Part shown: positions 1 through 11,800 of the stretch, piece after piece | Layout of the letters: each line of letters opens with the position of its first letter | Position numbering within the stretch: position 1 is the first letter of the stretch | NCBI RefSeq assembly: GCF_036321535.1 | Contig: NC_087437.1 | Coordinates: 93,684,001 to 93,748,000 of the forward strand | Length of the DNA stretch: 64,000 nt | Direction: 5' to 3' | From: Camelus dromedarius | Lineage: Eukaryota | The notes under the pieces: model-generated | Database searches by the model: none | Told to the model about the DNA's origin: nothing | What the model saw: only the letters and a program-made list of their open reading frames with translations | Program-made: the position numbers and the translations under genes

Positions 1-21
1 TGTGTTGTTCAAGGTCAGCTG
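1..21. mobile_element. Terminal inverted repeat of a Tigger2/MER8-like TcMar DNA transposon, truncated by the window start
   Basis: TGTGTTGTTCAAGGTCAGCTG resembles the Tigger2/MER8 end (GTGTTGTTCAAGGGTCAACTG) and is followed by TA-rich sequence. Only 21 bp are visible. Confidence 0.45.
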
Positions 22-59
22 TGTATATGCTTATATTGATATATTTATATGTATACACA

Positions 60-264
60 CATATTTATTATTGTATGTATTTATGACGAAAGGAAAAGAC
101 ACATTGTAAGGAGTTGGCTCTTGAAATTATGGCGACTGAGAAATCCCATGATCTACCATCTATAAGCTGGAGACCTGAGAAAGCTGATAGTATAACTTCC
201 AATTTGGGTGCAAAAGATCAATGCCCCGGCTTGAAAACAGTCAGGCAGAGAGTGAATGTTCCCT
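60..264 (-). mobile_element. MLT2-family (ERV-L) LTR fragment
   Basis: TTGGCTC..GACTGAGAAATCCCATGATCT..AAGCTGGAGACC..CAGTCAGGCAGAGAG matches the reverse complement of MLT2 LTRs as I recall them. It abuts ERV-L internal sequence in the same orientation. Confidence 0.75.
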
Positions 265-1940
265 GTATTCCAGACATACTGTTCCCTGCCTCCACTGTGC
301 AGAAACTGTCTAATTTTCCCTTGGTAGCCAAGATCAATCACCCCACCCAGTACGGTAACTCTTATTTGCCTGTTGTTTGAGCGACATGGAGATTCCAGAG
401 TAGCCAGGGGGCAGCCTCAGCTTCCAGATAGTGGAATAATTGTTATGTCTACTAGTAGAAGCATTCCTTCCTTTGGAGCAAAGACTTCCAGGACAATAGA
501 ACATAATGTCATGGGAACAAGAAACTATGTTTTGCCAGTAGATTACTAGGAGGTTAGAGTCAGTGGGGTCATTCCCATTTTCCCTTCTTGACCCATGAAT
601 TCTGGCTACAGGAGAAATACCACCATATATTGGACGATGATTCAGAGCATATACACAGCCTTCTGGAGAATCTTGCCCCAGTCCTGCAAGCTCTTACCAC
701 CTTGCTGGTGATGTAATTGGGTTATCAAAAGGCCGTTCTACTGTTGTATGAAGTTAACTGCTTTAGGATGAAGGGGACAAAGCTGTGAGGTGATCTTCTC
801 AAATACAAGTAATACTGTGTGGAATACTAGGAGGATAGATAAGGCATTCTGTGAGCCCACAGATGATAGTTTTGACAGAAGCATTGCATACAGGAAAGAC
901 AAATCTGCATCCAGACTAAGTGTCTCTTTTGAGTAAGAACAAAACACTGCTCCATCCATGATATAAACTGTCCAGTGTAATCAACCTGCCACCAGGTGTC
1001 TGGCTGATCACCCCAAGGAATAGTGCCATATTCTGGAAGTCAGTGTTGGTCTCTGCTGCTAGCATATTGGACACTCAACACTGGCTATAGGCAGGCCTGC
1101 CTTGGTGAGTGGAAGTCTGTATTTTTGAGCCCATCCATAACCTCCATCCCTGCCATCCTGGCCACTTTGTCCGTGAGCTCTTTAAGTGATGATGAGGGTA
1201 GTTGGGGAAAGAGCTAACTGGTATGCACAGAACAGGTCATATCCAAATGATTATTAGAGACCTGCTCTGCTCAAGTTACCCTTTGGTAGGTATTCACATG
1301 TAACACAGATATCGTTACATTTTTTGCTTATTCAGAGGGGTCTGTCCATAAACTTCTTCCACAAGTTGCCTTGTCAACAGTTTTCTACTTGCATTCTTCT
1401 AAGTCCCTGACTATCCAGCCAAACCATTATACACTTCCCATAAATTGGTATATAATTGGACATCTAGCGAGTTCTCCTTTCTAGCAAAGTGACTAACCGG
1501 GTGCATTGCTTGAAGTTCTGCCCATAAGGAGGATTTCCTTTCACCACTGTCCTTCAGGGATATCCAGAAATGGGCTGGGGTGCCGTAATTGTCCACTCTG
1601 GGGAGATGCCTACATATTATGCAGAAACATTTCTAAACCAGGCCTGAATCTTTTCTTTCTCTGTCAACTCATTGTAGGGAACTCCACATGAAGCCTTAGG
1701 TGCAGACTGAGGGAAAGTAGGCGATGTGGCGGAAATAGGGACCTTGGGCATTTGGACCACTCTTCTTGTAGCTTCTTTGTACCTTCAGGGTCTTCTTGGG
1801 CCTGCGTATACCACTGTCATGTGTATACCACTTCCATTTGATGATGGGAGTGCTGTATGCATGCACAACTTCATGGCTTATTGAGTCAGAAAACACCCAG
1901 TCCATGATGGACTGTTCAGATTGCAAGATAACTTGGTGAC
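265..1940 (-). mobile_element. Decayed ERV-L (HERV-L-like) internal region: pol RNase H/integrase and dUTPase, frameshifted
   Basis: Minus-strand peptides IMDWVFSDSISHEV..IIKWKWY (1696-1926), SLKDSGERKSSLWAELQAMH..VQLYTNLWEVYNGLAG (1411-1596) and IDLGYQGKI..HSGGREQYVWNTG (153-341) align with ERV-L RNase H and dUTPase motifs. There are many stops and frameshifts. Confidence 0.92.
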
Positions 1941-2699
1941 AAGGAAATCTGGAGAAAGGTGTGTGGGTAGACCTCTCTGAATTTAATTCATTTCAAAACT
2001 GAGAGGTAATGTGAAAGGGGAAATTTAGTACTGGTGTTCAGAAGGGACTTTTTGGCTCATTGAAATTCATGGTGTTAGGAAGACTTCTTATTTGTGTATA
2101 TGTAATATTTGACACTGCCTAATGGAAAAATAGGGAAATTAAGTGCAAGGTTAACAATCTATTGATAGCACTAGGACTTGGCAACCAACAGTTCTATTGG
2201 GTTGTGTCATATTTTATTGTGAGTGGGTAGCTGAAGCTGTGCAAGACAGCTAAAAAGGATGTAGATTCTTTAGGAGTTAGGTCTTACAGTCTACAAACAT
2301 CTAATCACACGTAGTTGTCAGCAGAACACATACATTTGAGATTGCCTAGACCATATGAATTGTAATTCAAAAAAACATTATTTTAAAATTCTGGTTCGCA
2401 ACTAATCAGCTAAGTAATTCAGGGGGAAGACCTTTTCTGGGCCTTAATTCCATAATATATAAAGTGGGATTAAACAACCCTTATTTCTAACAGATATTGT
2501 GCTAATAAGATAATGGAAAATGTCATATGACTGTATATGAACAATATACAAATTCAAATTATTCTTCCTTACATGACGCTAAATATTTGTGCTGTTTTAC
2601 ATATTTTCACAGAATGGATGATGATCTCACATTTAACTAGTGGTTAGCATAGTAATAACATCATTGTGACAATAGTCAGTGGAAATTGATGTCTGTCTT

Positions 2700-3035
2700 C
2701 TTCAGAAAATAAATGAAATTCCTATTAAAAGAGAAGCTTAAGAATGAAAGATGAGGAAAGACTGAAAAATTGTCACAGATTGGAGGATACTAAGGAAAAA
2801 AAAATGAAATACAGTGTGAGATCCTGGATTAGATCCTCAAAGGACACTAGGGAAAAATGAATGAAATTCAAATAAAGTCTGTAGCTTAGTAGCCTGTTAA
2901 TTTCCTGGCTTTGATTTATGTACTAGGATTGTATAAGATGTTAATATTTATGGAAGCTGTGTAAAGGGTGTACAAGAAATTTCCATACTTTTTCCAATTT
3001 TTCTCTAAGTCTAAATAAACTGTTTTAAAAAAGTG
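2700..3035 (+). mobile_element. Ancient L1 (L1MC-like) 3' UTR fragment
   Basis: GATCCTGGATTAGATCCT..GAAATTCAAATAAAGTCTGTAG..GTATAAGATGTTAATATT..CTAAGTCTAAATAA is typical of L1MC 3' ends. Confidence 0.65.
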
Positions 3036-3836
3036 TTAGCAAAAAAACATAGCTTCCAAGGCAAGTTATTTTAGAATTTAAACTGTATCTGTTAAAACAA
3101 CATGACTCAGGATATTCCTGAACTTCAATTTGGCGCTAAGATAGTTTTCATATGTCCATATTTTAAAGGTAATTCTAGGAACAGATTTCTAGATGTGCTG
3201 AAAAACATGACTGGTGTATTCCTAGTGATTGATTTTATATATATATATATAATTTTTATATATAAAGCTGAATAATATACACACATACATATAATTTATG
3301 CAAAAATCAATGGCTGTGATGAATCATGATGGTTATTATTTGAGCTACATTATAAAATAAATAACATAGAGAGTCTTGTAAAGTCTTTGTTAATTCTAAG
3401 AATTATTTCATACTACAAAGCATCACTGACAAGCTGGGACTTTTTTTTATTGAAAGTTATGTAATTTCTATGTTAACTAACCATAATTTTAAGTGTTATT
3501 AAATGCAATTAGACATTAGAATGAATGAGATATTTTAGATTTCTTCCAAAGTAGAATTGTTGAGCATTTTTCAGATCTTAGTATCTGTTTTCATTCCTCC
3601 TTTATCTTTGTATTTGCATTTGTGCTTGTATTTGTATGTGAATCTCTGAGTAGTTACGCTGTGAAATAACATGAGAAAGTGCTGCAACCACTTTTTAGGC
3701 TGTGTCTCCCCCCAGAGGCCCACAGAGAGGAGTCTGTTCAAACAGTGTTTCTAGTGATTTTTATGTAGAATAAGAAGCACAGTTAGACATAATGTTTATA
3801 GATTTTTATAGATTCATAAAATGATTAGTCTGTTGA

Positions 3837-4010
3837 TAGAGGTGCATCCAAGTTGTTTGTGGCTTAAATATTGCATAATTTGAAGGACTTTCTTGAAGAG
3901 ATAAATAAAATGAATTGACAAAACATTTCTAGAGCTTTGGGTATGACCTATAAGCTTTTGAGGGTACCTAAAGCTTAATCTTTATTAATTTCAGAGTACA
4001 TTCACCCATA
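3837..4010 (+). mobile_element. MER53-like non-autonomous hAT DNA transposon, degenerate
   Basis: AGAGGTGCATCCAAG..AATTTGAAGGACTTTCTTGAAGA..GGTACCTAAAGCTTAATCTTTATTAATTTCAGAGTACATTCACC is colinear with the MER53 consensus as I recall it. Confidence 0.5.
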
Positions 4011-6253
4011 ATTTTTGACTTTGCGCTTGTTGACAAGTTTTCTATTAATTTAAAGGCAAACTATTTCTGAAAAAATAATTTCTAAAGTCATAGTGTACTA
4101 ATATCAAATGTTGTGTTAAGTCAGCTACTCTTCAGATAATTTCAGTTTTCTAATGATGCAGCCAGAGAAGTAATTATTTTCAACCAATCCATCTCTAATC
4201 ACTCATATCAATTAATGGTTACTTTGTGAAAAAAAGCTTTCCTTGAAAGCACTTTTGGGTGACTACATTTTGTGTTTAACAACAGTTGCATGAGGATTTT
4301 AGCCCAGGAGTCTTTGTCAGGTATTGAATGTTGATTCACCTCTTGGTATAACTTGACTTTTCTCTTTATTAGTTCTTTCACTATTGTTTCCTCAAACTTG
4401 CCAAATACTTAACAAAGAGACCAGCCCATCAGTTCTGTCACTTTAGAAACTCTTAGGTATTTTTGAAAGTAACATTGGGAAAACAGCAGATCAGGAAGTC
4501 TTTTCAATTCTGCACCAAGTAAATTGCTTTTTAGTGGGGGACCAGATAGCTCCTGGGATAGTAATGGGATGCAGAGCCTCTCACCTCCAGGTTGGCCTTT
4601 GTACCTAGTCTGGGCTGGTGGTGACAGAAAGCCATTAGCCTTTGATTGCTGTTTGCTGACCTGTGTGAAATGAGTTGATGGCTCCCATTCAGCTTCTAGT
4701 TGGACAAGTGCATGGATCACATTTGGCAGCCTTGTTGGTAGTTCCAGAAAAATAGAGATGGATTGAGTAGGCTGTGAGGTTAAAGTACTGACCCACCAGA
4801 TGAGAGTTGACTTTCCTTGGAGGGAAATTTTTTTCTTTCCTGGCCCACACTCCACCCCTACTCTGTAGATAGACTAATGAAGCCCTTAAGGTATCAGCAA
4901 TTTCATTCTATTACTTTGAATATGCTCTAATTCTTCTTAATACCACGAGTTAAAAATCTGATCTTATTTTTGAGAGTGGTTCTCTTCCTACTGGATGAAT
5001 ACTTTGAAATTAACATAGAATTGTGCACTATTAGTGCAGTCACTTATTAATTAACAGACATAAGTAGTGAAATAAGAATGACAAGGTTTATTTTATAATT
5101 ATCATTATTGTCTACAATTTTTTTCCTTCTGCCACTGTAATTCGAATTGTCCCTCTTCCACAGAGGATTCACGATTCCCACTTGTTCTCTTGGTTCATGT
5201 TTTTGCCTTCTTTCAATGACTCCAGGCTCCATCTCTTTATATCAGTCCCTAATTCAAGTCCAATTTTTATAATAAAGCCATCCCAGAACTCCTCAATCTG
5301 CCCAAATGTAATTCTCCTTTGACCACTGTCTGAATCACACAGTTGAACAATTCATCATAGTTTCTCTGACCTTGCTTTCTTATTCATTATTTTCTGTATT
5401 ATTTTAAACCTCCCTGATAGACAATAAGTATATTGAAAGCAGAGATAATGCTTTTCATTCATTCTGTGTTTCCCAGGTTATCTAGCTGAGTAGAACTCGA
5501 AGCAGATAGGCATTAGGCTGGCTGGATAAAAATGTATGCCATTTTTCTATAGCATTGATTTCTCACATATTCATGGATATATGTATGAACTGTAACTTTT
5601 ACTTGTGTTCCCTTTCCTTTGAATAGATAGAGTCATAAGCATTACCCTTAGGAATGTGAAAGACCCTGGAGAGGATGTAGAGTGAGAGATTGTACCCCTG
5701 CGTTCTTGTTGCACAGAAACTTAATAAACGAGCAAGTCAGAAATCTCTCTCTATAAACATCAGTTGCTTTATCTGTAAAATGGAGATAAAATATAAGTAC
5801 TGATCGTCACACCAAACAATTATAAAAAAAAAAGGAGACAGTGTAGGGGGAAAAACTTGCAAATCATTATGTAAATTTCAAGATTTTACTAAGTGAAGAC
5901 TAATAAGTACTGAACAAGTATTTATTTATTTGATAAGTATATTAGAAATTTATTTTAATTAATTTATTAAAATTGATAATTTATTCATTAATAATAATTT
6001 ACTTGGTTATTTACTCACTTGATAATTTGATAATTGTGTCCCTCAAAAACCCATATGTGAACGTCCTAACCCAAAGTACCTCAGAATGTATACTTAACTT
6101 AGAATCAGGGTTGTTGCTGACGTAATTAGTTATGTTTAGGTGAGGGGAGACTGGACGTCTAATCCAGTGTGACTGATCACCTTATACAGTGGGAGCATTT
6201 GGTCACACACACACACACACACATGAATGCCATGGGAAGGTGAAGGTAGAGAC

Positions 6254-7317
6254 TGTCAGCTGAAATAAATGCACAGCCTAAAAGTTGAGTTATGTTTTAT
6301 TTGGTGGACATTTCTGAGGACTCGAACCCCTTCGAGCCTGGGATGACAGCCTCTCAGATGGCTTTGAGGGACTGCTCTGAAGAGGTAGGGAAGGAGCTAG
6401 GATACATAGGAGCTTTACAACAAAGACCAGGTAGTTGGAACATAAAAAGATTACTTGTTTGTTGTGGAAAAATGTGTTACAGCTCGGTGTTACAGCTCAA
6501 TTGTGACAGCAAGCTGGATCCGGGAGAGAGACCAAGCAGCACTTGGAGAGTTGGAGAACTCAGGTTTATTACCCCAGTGGGCCCAGAGGAGTTAACACTC
6601 CAAGCTCTGGACCCCATATGTAGGTTTACACAGGCCTTTATAGGCTGCCCGTTTACACTTTGCAACATCATATGCAAATAAAGTATAACAAAAGTTGACC
6701 AACTAAGAACAAGCTTTGTAGAAATAGACCAATCAGGAGGGAGAGAAATAACCAATCAGGAGTGAGCTCCATGCAAATGAAGTACTACAAATGGACCAAT
6801 CAGGAGTTAGGGAAATGGACCAATCAAGAGTAAGGGAAATAACCAATCAGGAGTGAGGGAAATAAGCAATCAGGAGTGAGCTCAGGGAACCAATAGAACT
6901 TTAGGCATAAGTAAGCTGTTTCAGAGGCAAAAGGTGAGATAGAGCTTCTGGGCCAGGGAACCGGATGGTGCTGGCAGGAGAGTAGTGGCTGTGCCTGGAG
7001 GTCCTGCTGGTCTTTTTAGGGGGCTACCTGCCTCATTTAACTAAAGAAAACCAGGCATCTCAAGTTAAAGGATTCATGTATGGGAGGAAGCAAACATTTG
7101 GGCTCATTGAATTCATTCCTTTGATAAGCACCTTGCTATTTAGGGCTGAGATCCTGTCCTTTCTTATTCTGAGCCCCCCTGAGACTGCACCACTGTGAGT
7201 GGCTGCAGAGGCTGGGCTGCAGGCTTGTCTTCACTGGGGGCTGGTGGCAGCCGCTGATGAATTGATGACTTCAGCATTCTTTGTTTACTGATACGGTTTG
7301 CAGTATTTTTCATCACA
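6254..7317 (-). mobile_element. ERV1-like solo LTR, family 'A' copy 1, interrupted at 6460-7035
   Basis: TGT..ACA termini, near-matching 4-bp TSD AGAC/AGAT and minus-strand AATAAA. Both halves align closely with the uninterrupted copy at 20447-20927. Confidence 0.9.
6460..7035 (-). mobile_element. ERV solo LTR, family 'B', with tandem CCAAT repeats, nested in LTR A
   Basis: TG..CA termini. On the minus strand it has TATAAA (6637-6642) followed by AATAAA (6565-6570). It is absent from the paralogous LTR A copy. Confidence 0.88.
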
Positions 7318-7599
7318 AGATCCAAGTGATGCTCCTACAAGCCAAAGAATGCTAAATATTGCCAGCAAACCACAGAAGATAGGTGAGAGGCAGGGAATAG
7401 GTTTTCTGTCACAGAAGGAACCAACCCTACAGACATCTTCACTTTGGACTTCTAATCTCCAAAACTGTGAAACAAATTTCTGTTGCTTAAGCCACCTAAT
7501 CTCTGGTGCTTTGTTATGGCAGCTCTGGGAATCCAATGCAACATTTTCTGTGCATCAAGTTGCTTACAGACAGTAAATAGAATAACCAAGGAAAGGAGA

Positions 7600-7920
7600 G
7601 ATACTTTAAAACCTTGTGCTTTAAGGAACATTAATAAGAAAATGAAAAGATAAACTACAGAATGGAAGAACAGATTTGTAAAACACACTTCTGGTGAAAA
7701 AGAAAAAAGTATCTAGAGTGTGTAAAGGACATCTGCAACTCAATTAATTAAAAATAAATACTCCACCTAAAACATGGACAATAACTGAGTAGATGTTTCT
7801 CCAATGAGAATATATAAATGACTGATGTACGCATAAGATGCTCAATATCATTACTTATCAAGAAAGTGCAGATAAATACCACAATAAAATACTAGTTTAT
7901 ATTCACTAGTGTGGCTAGCT
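7600..7920 (+). mobile_element. Old L1 ORF2 3' fragment
   Basis: AAGATGCTCAATATCATTA..AAGTGCAGATAAATACCACAAT.. corresponds to the L1 ORF2 KRCSTSL..EMQIKTT region and is degenerate. Confidence 0.75.
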
Positions 7921-7922
7921 GA

Positions 7923-8406
7923 TGATAATAAAAACTTAGCAAAGGGACAATAGGAGATAGAAAACAAAAAAGCTTAGACCAAACGGCATATGTTCTGGTA
8001 AGATGATTGTAGAAATAACACTGTCTCTGCCAATTCACGTTGAGAAGGAAAAGGTTGGGCTAGGCCAAGACTGGGCTGGGCTAACTCATAAATTTTAAGT
8101 TAACTCATGAATTTTAAGTTTAACCTTGCTAGACCAGTTTTGGGTTACTGCAAGCGACCCTTTGTTTCCGCCTAGCTGTACTCACCCTATTGTTTGATGG
8201 ACCCCGAGCTTGTAAGCGACCCTATAAAACCTCACTCACACTTCCAGGAGGCACTCAGATCTCTGGAGTGATAGCCCCTCTGAGTCTGCCGGCGTAATAA
8301 ACCTGAGTTCTCCAACCCTCCAAGTGGTGTTTGTTTCTTAGCTGGGCTGCCGTTTCTGTGCCAATGTTATATTCAATTTAAAATTGATACAGCACAGCAG
8401 TTAACA
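7923..8406 (+). mobile_element. ERV LTR sharing its R region with family B; boundaries uncertain
   Basis: TATAAAA at 8223 and AATAAA at 8296. 8257-8333 is homologous to the reverse complement of about 6533-6609. Internal 19-bp tandem duplication at about 8082-8120. Confidence 0.75.
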
Positions 8407-8857
8407 ACGAGAATGGCGAAAGATTCAATCCCCAGTCGGCCTTGAGGCTCAAGATGGTGGGAGATTTGACTTCTAGTAGACCTTGAGCTTCATTATATGT
8501 CCATTGTAATATAATAGCATGGTGAATAACATGCTCACAGGTGCCATGACAGTCCCAAGGCTAGCCACAAAAGGTTAAAGAGTGGGAAATGGCCAACTTC
8601 CTGGGAATCCCAGCCCCTTCCCTAGGCTAGATAGACTGGTCCTTCAACTTACTAGCATATGAAGCCACTGAGTCCATAAAAACTAGCAACACTCTCTCTC
8701 TACCTCCCTTCAGAGATGTCCTGCACTCTGTCTATGGAGTGTGTACCTACTGTTACTCTAATCTGAGCAGCCAACCCCCCACACCTCATGGCCTTTCTCT
8801 TGCCTTTTGATGTATCTCTCTAGATAAATCTACCTTTGCTCAAAAAAAAAAAAAAAA
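8407..8857 (+). mobile_element. MER41-like ERV1 LTR fragment ending in A16
   Basis: GCATGGTGAATAACATGCTCACAGGTGCCATGACAG resembles the MER41-type U3. It has a TATA-like CATAAAA, then GATAAA at 8823 and an A16 run at 8842-8857. Confidence 0.7.
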
Positions 8858-11800
8858 TTAATATAGCTGAAGGGGCTATGTTTGAAAGAAAAGGACGTAA
8901 GGACATGAAGCAGCGTTTATTAAAGCCTGAAATATACCAGGTGCTCTACGTACATATCTATATAATCTTCAACTTGATCAGCTGAAATTTTGTTCATTTT
9001 AAAATTAAGAAACTGGAATCATTACCTACACTTCTAAAGGTCACAGGATTACTTGAAAGTTGTAGAGGTAGTGTGAATGCATCTCTCTGATTCTTAATGT
9101 GATTCTCTATGGTATAGTCTGCAGCTGGAATTGCATTTTGGTGTTTTTTTTGAAGAAATCTCATATAGTTACTCAAACCTCTAAGAGAAAAATCAAAGAA
9201 TCTTTATCAGAAAAGATAGCATTTAATTAAATATATAGGTGCAAATTACTTAACATTGAAATAAGTCAAAATAGAGTGATTTTATCAAATAAAGGGAAGT
9301 ATATATATTTCATATAATCTCTAGCCCCATCGTATACTCTCTAGCCCCATTGTAGGTAATTTCCTAACTTCACTTGTAGTCTCTATATTGATAATCCCTA
9401 GTCTCGCCAACATCCTTCATGAATCTTCCATTTCTTCTGCTTCTGGGCACATGGTTGATTGAGCTGCACTTCTCAACTCCCCTGAAATCAGAAAGACTTT
9501 CCTCAAGTTCCAGAAATCACATCCTGGGGAGCATTAGCTGTTCACTAGCTTACTCTTGTTTTGTGATTCCAAAATGTTTAAGCAGCTCTCTCGGGATCAC
9601 CATTACTTCTTGTTTGTTTTAGAGTTTGAATATCACCGTAGGTTTCTTCTTATAATCATTAGCAACTAAATATCAAAAATGACCTCAAAAGCAAAATATA
9701 GAGGCAGGATGCCAAGACCAGTGATTATTTGTAAATAATTCTTACTTGGGAATAGCCCTATATAGCTCCACCAATATAGACCACCAAGTGTTGACTGCAT
9801 GACTACATATTTTCTTAGGTTGAGATTAGTTATCAGTAATGAGGTCTAAAATCAGAAATACATTTCATTTGAAAGACACAGAAAATAAGGTATGTTAGAG
9901 AGGGAATACCCAGAGCTAGTAGTTACTATCTGATACAGAGAAGTGAATCACTGATGGATTAGGTTTGTGAATTTATCTTCCAGCTCAAGGACAGTGTAGA
10001 TTTTTTGTTCTTTCCACTACCGCATCTGCAACTTTATGCAGCTGAAAGGTACTGCCTTCCCAGCTTAGTTTCATTGTCACAAGCAATGCAATGAAAAGCT
10101 TTCGAGAACAGCCTGTTAGTGCCCTCTATTGATGTGTTCAATCGTTCAGATCATTTCAAGAAAAGAAACCAGCATGATTTTTCAAATGTCTCTGAAAGAA
10201 TTTTCTGCAGAGGATGTAGGAATAATTTTACTGTTTTACATTTTCATCCCTTCAAAGGTGTTTAAATACATGACTATAACTCCAACTTTCCTTTTATCAG
10301 GTATGGATTTCTGGCTAGATGTGATTTCAGGGAAAAAAAGACACAGGAAGTTGATATGATTTAAAAATGCAAACTCATTATCAAATTTCATAGATTAGTG
10401 CACAAACAATAGATTGAATAAATAGCTGGGACCATTCTAGTTAGTATTTGCAGCCTGCATCCTAATCAAACACTAAATCGTTCACAGTGATGCTTTGAAA
10501 TTATTTTACGGTATCTACCTAAACCCTATAAAAAAGTTATGCCTGTACACTTTCCTAGGGTCCCAGATTGTTCATGAGTAAGCCTCAGTTTTGTTTTCCT
10601 ATAGGGTTGTATTCTTAAAAAAACTTAGATGTTTGAAGTTGTTATTTCACCTGTCAACGGTATTTCACTGATTATTTTAAATACATGTCTCTTTGATCTA
10701 AAAATGACTATTTAAAATAAGGTTAACTCAATTTTCTAATGATAAACATTGCAGATAAAATGTGATTTGATTTTAATGTGATGAACTAATACAGACTGTG
10801 AAATTCCTTGTTTTATTTGTATTTTATTATCTATGTATCTGGTTTTTTTTTTTTTTAATTTCTCTTTGCCTTTAACCCTTAAACCTTTTGATGGTAGTTT
10901 AGAAATGATGCAATTTAGTTTTTTTAAAGACTTTGCCATCGTATAGGAGAGGAACAATCTTTCCAGTTATACGAGAGGTAAATAGAGATGATGAACTGGA
11001 TTTAGGGTGGAATAGATACATTTCTAATGCTTACTGAGTCATCTTTTCCTTTGGTCCTTCTTTATTATAATTGAAGTGACGTTTCAGAACACTAATGATA
11101 TTTATTTTAAATGTACCAAAATAACAACAACCAAAACACTGCAGCCAAGCACCAAATAAAAATTATCAGAAGAATTTTATTTTTATTGATTTATGATATT
11201 ATAAAGCACCAGCTCTCTGATCATATTTACTAATGTAATAATCTAAAACTTTAACTCTAGTCCTGGATGATTTGACAGATAATTATGAATTTAGTAATTT
11301 AAAGTGACAAAATTCCCATAGGTTGTTGTCCACACTGTATGGCGGTCATTCCGTATTTTTTACTTTCCAAAAAATTATTTTTTAACTTAGTACGGATGAT
11401 ATTTAACTCCAAACTCTATGTATATAATTCTAGATATATTCTGACCAAAATTATGTGCTCAAATTTCATTTTTTTAAATATAATCCTTCTTACTTTTCTG
11501 TGTCTTTGAGAAAACTAATACTGAAATAAAAAAAGAGAGGTATCAATATAATTTTTTCTTTCCCTTTCACTACTCTTTGCTAAGAATAACTGTTTCTGGG
11601 TTTAAAAGCTTTTTTCTTATACTCATGTCAAAAATTCAATAGCATCTTAACTGGTTATTTCTAGCCAAGGAAGCCACAGTCAATTTTAAGTGGCTGATAT
11701 GAATGGAAAGGAAAATTTTGTCTCTTGTAAGGCTTTGATGTCTTTGTTTTAATGTAGTTGTAGAGAAAAGAAATGGCTTCTGAAAACTCTTTTGAATCCG

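Larger units (their letters stand above)
6020..7543 (+). mobile_element. MLT1 (MaLR) LTR split into 6020-6253 and 7319-7543 by younger LTR insertions
   Basis: The 5' part (AATTGTGTCCCTCAAAA..CCTAACCC..GTACCTCAGAATGT) and 3' part (CTACAAGCCAAAGAATGC..GGACTTCT..CTCCAAAACTGTGA..AATTTCTGTTG..TAAGCCACC..TTTGTTATGGCAGC) are consecutive MLT1 segments. Confidence 0.85.

Noticed and set aside
4409..4855. Longest ORF in the window (148 aa, minus strand)
   Set aside because: It starts at GTG, has no recognisable domain and no convincing splice context. The length is plausible by chance in a locally GC-richer stretch.
6292..6681. 129-aa ORF
   Set aside because: It spans the junction of two nested LTRs on their antisense strand and is fortuitous.
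6720..6900. Regularly spaced ~23-bp repeats as a CRISPR-like array
   Set aside because: The units are contiguous tandem repeats without unique spacers, lie inside an LTR, and have no cas genes nearby in what is mammalian DNA.
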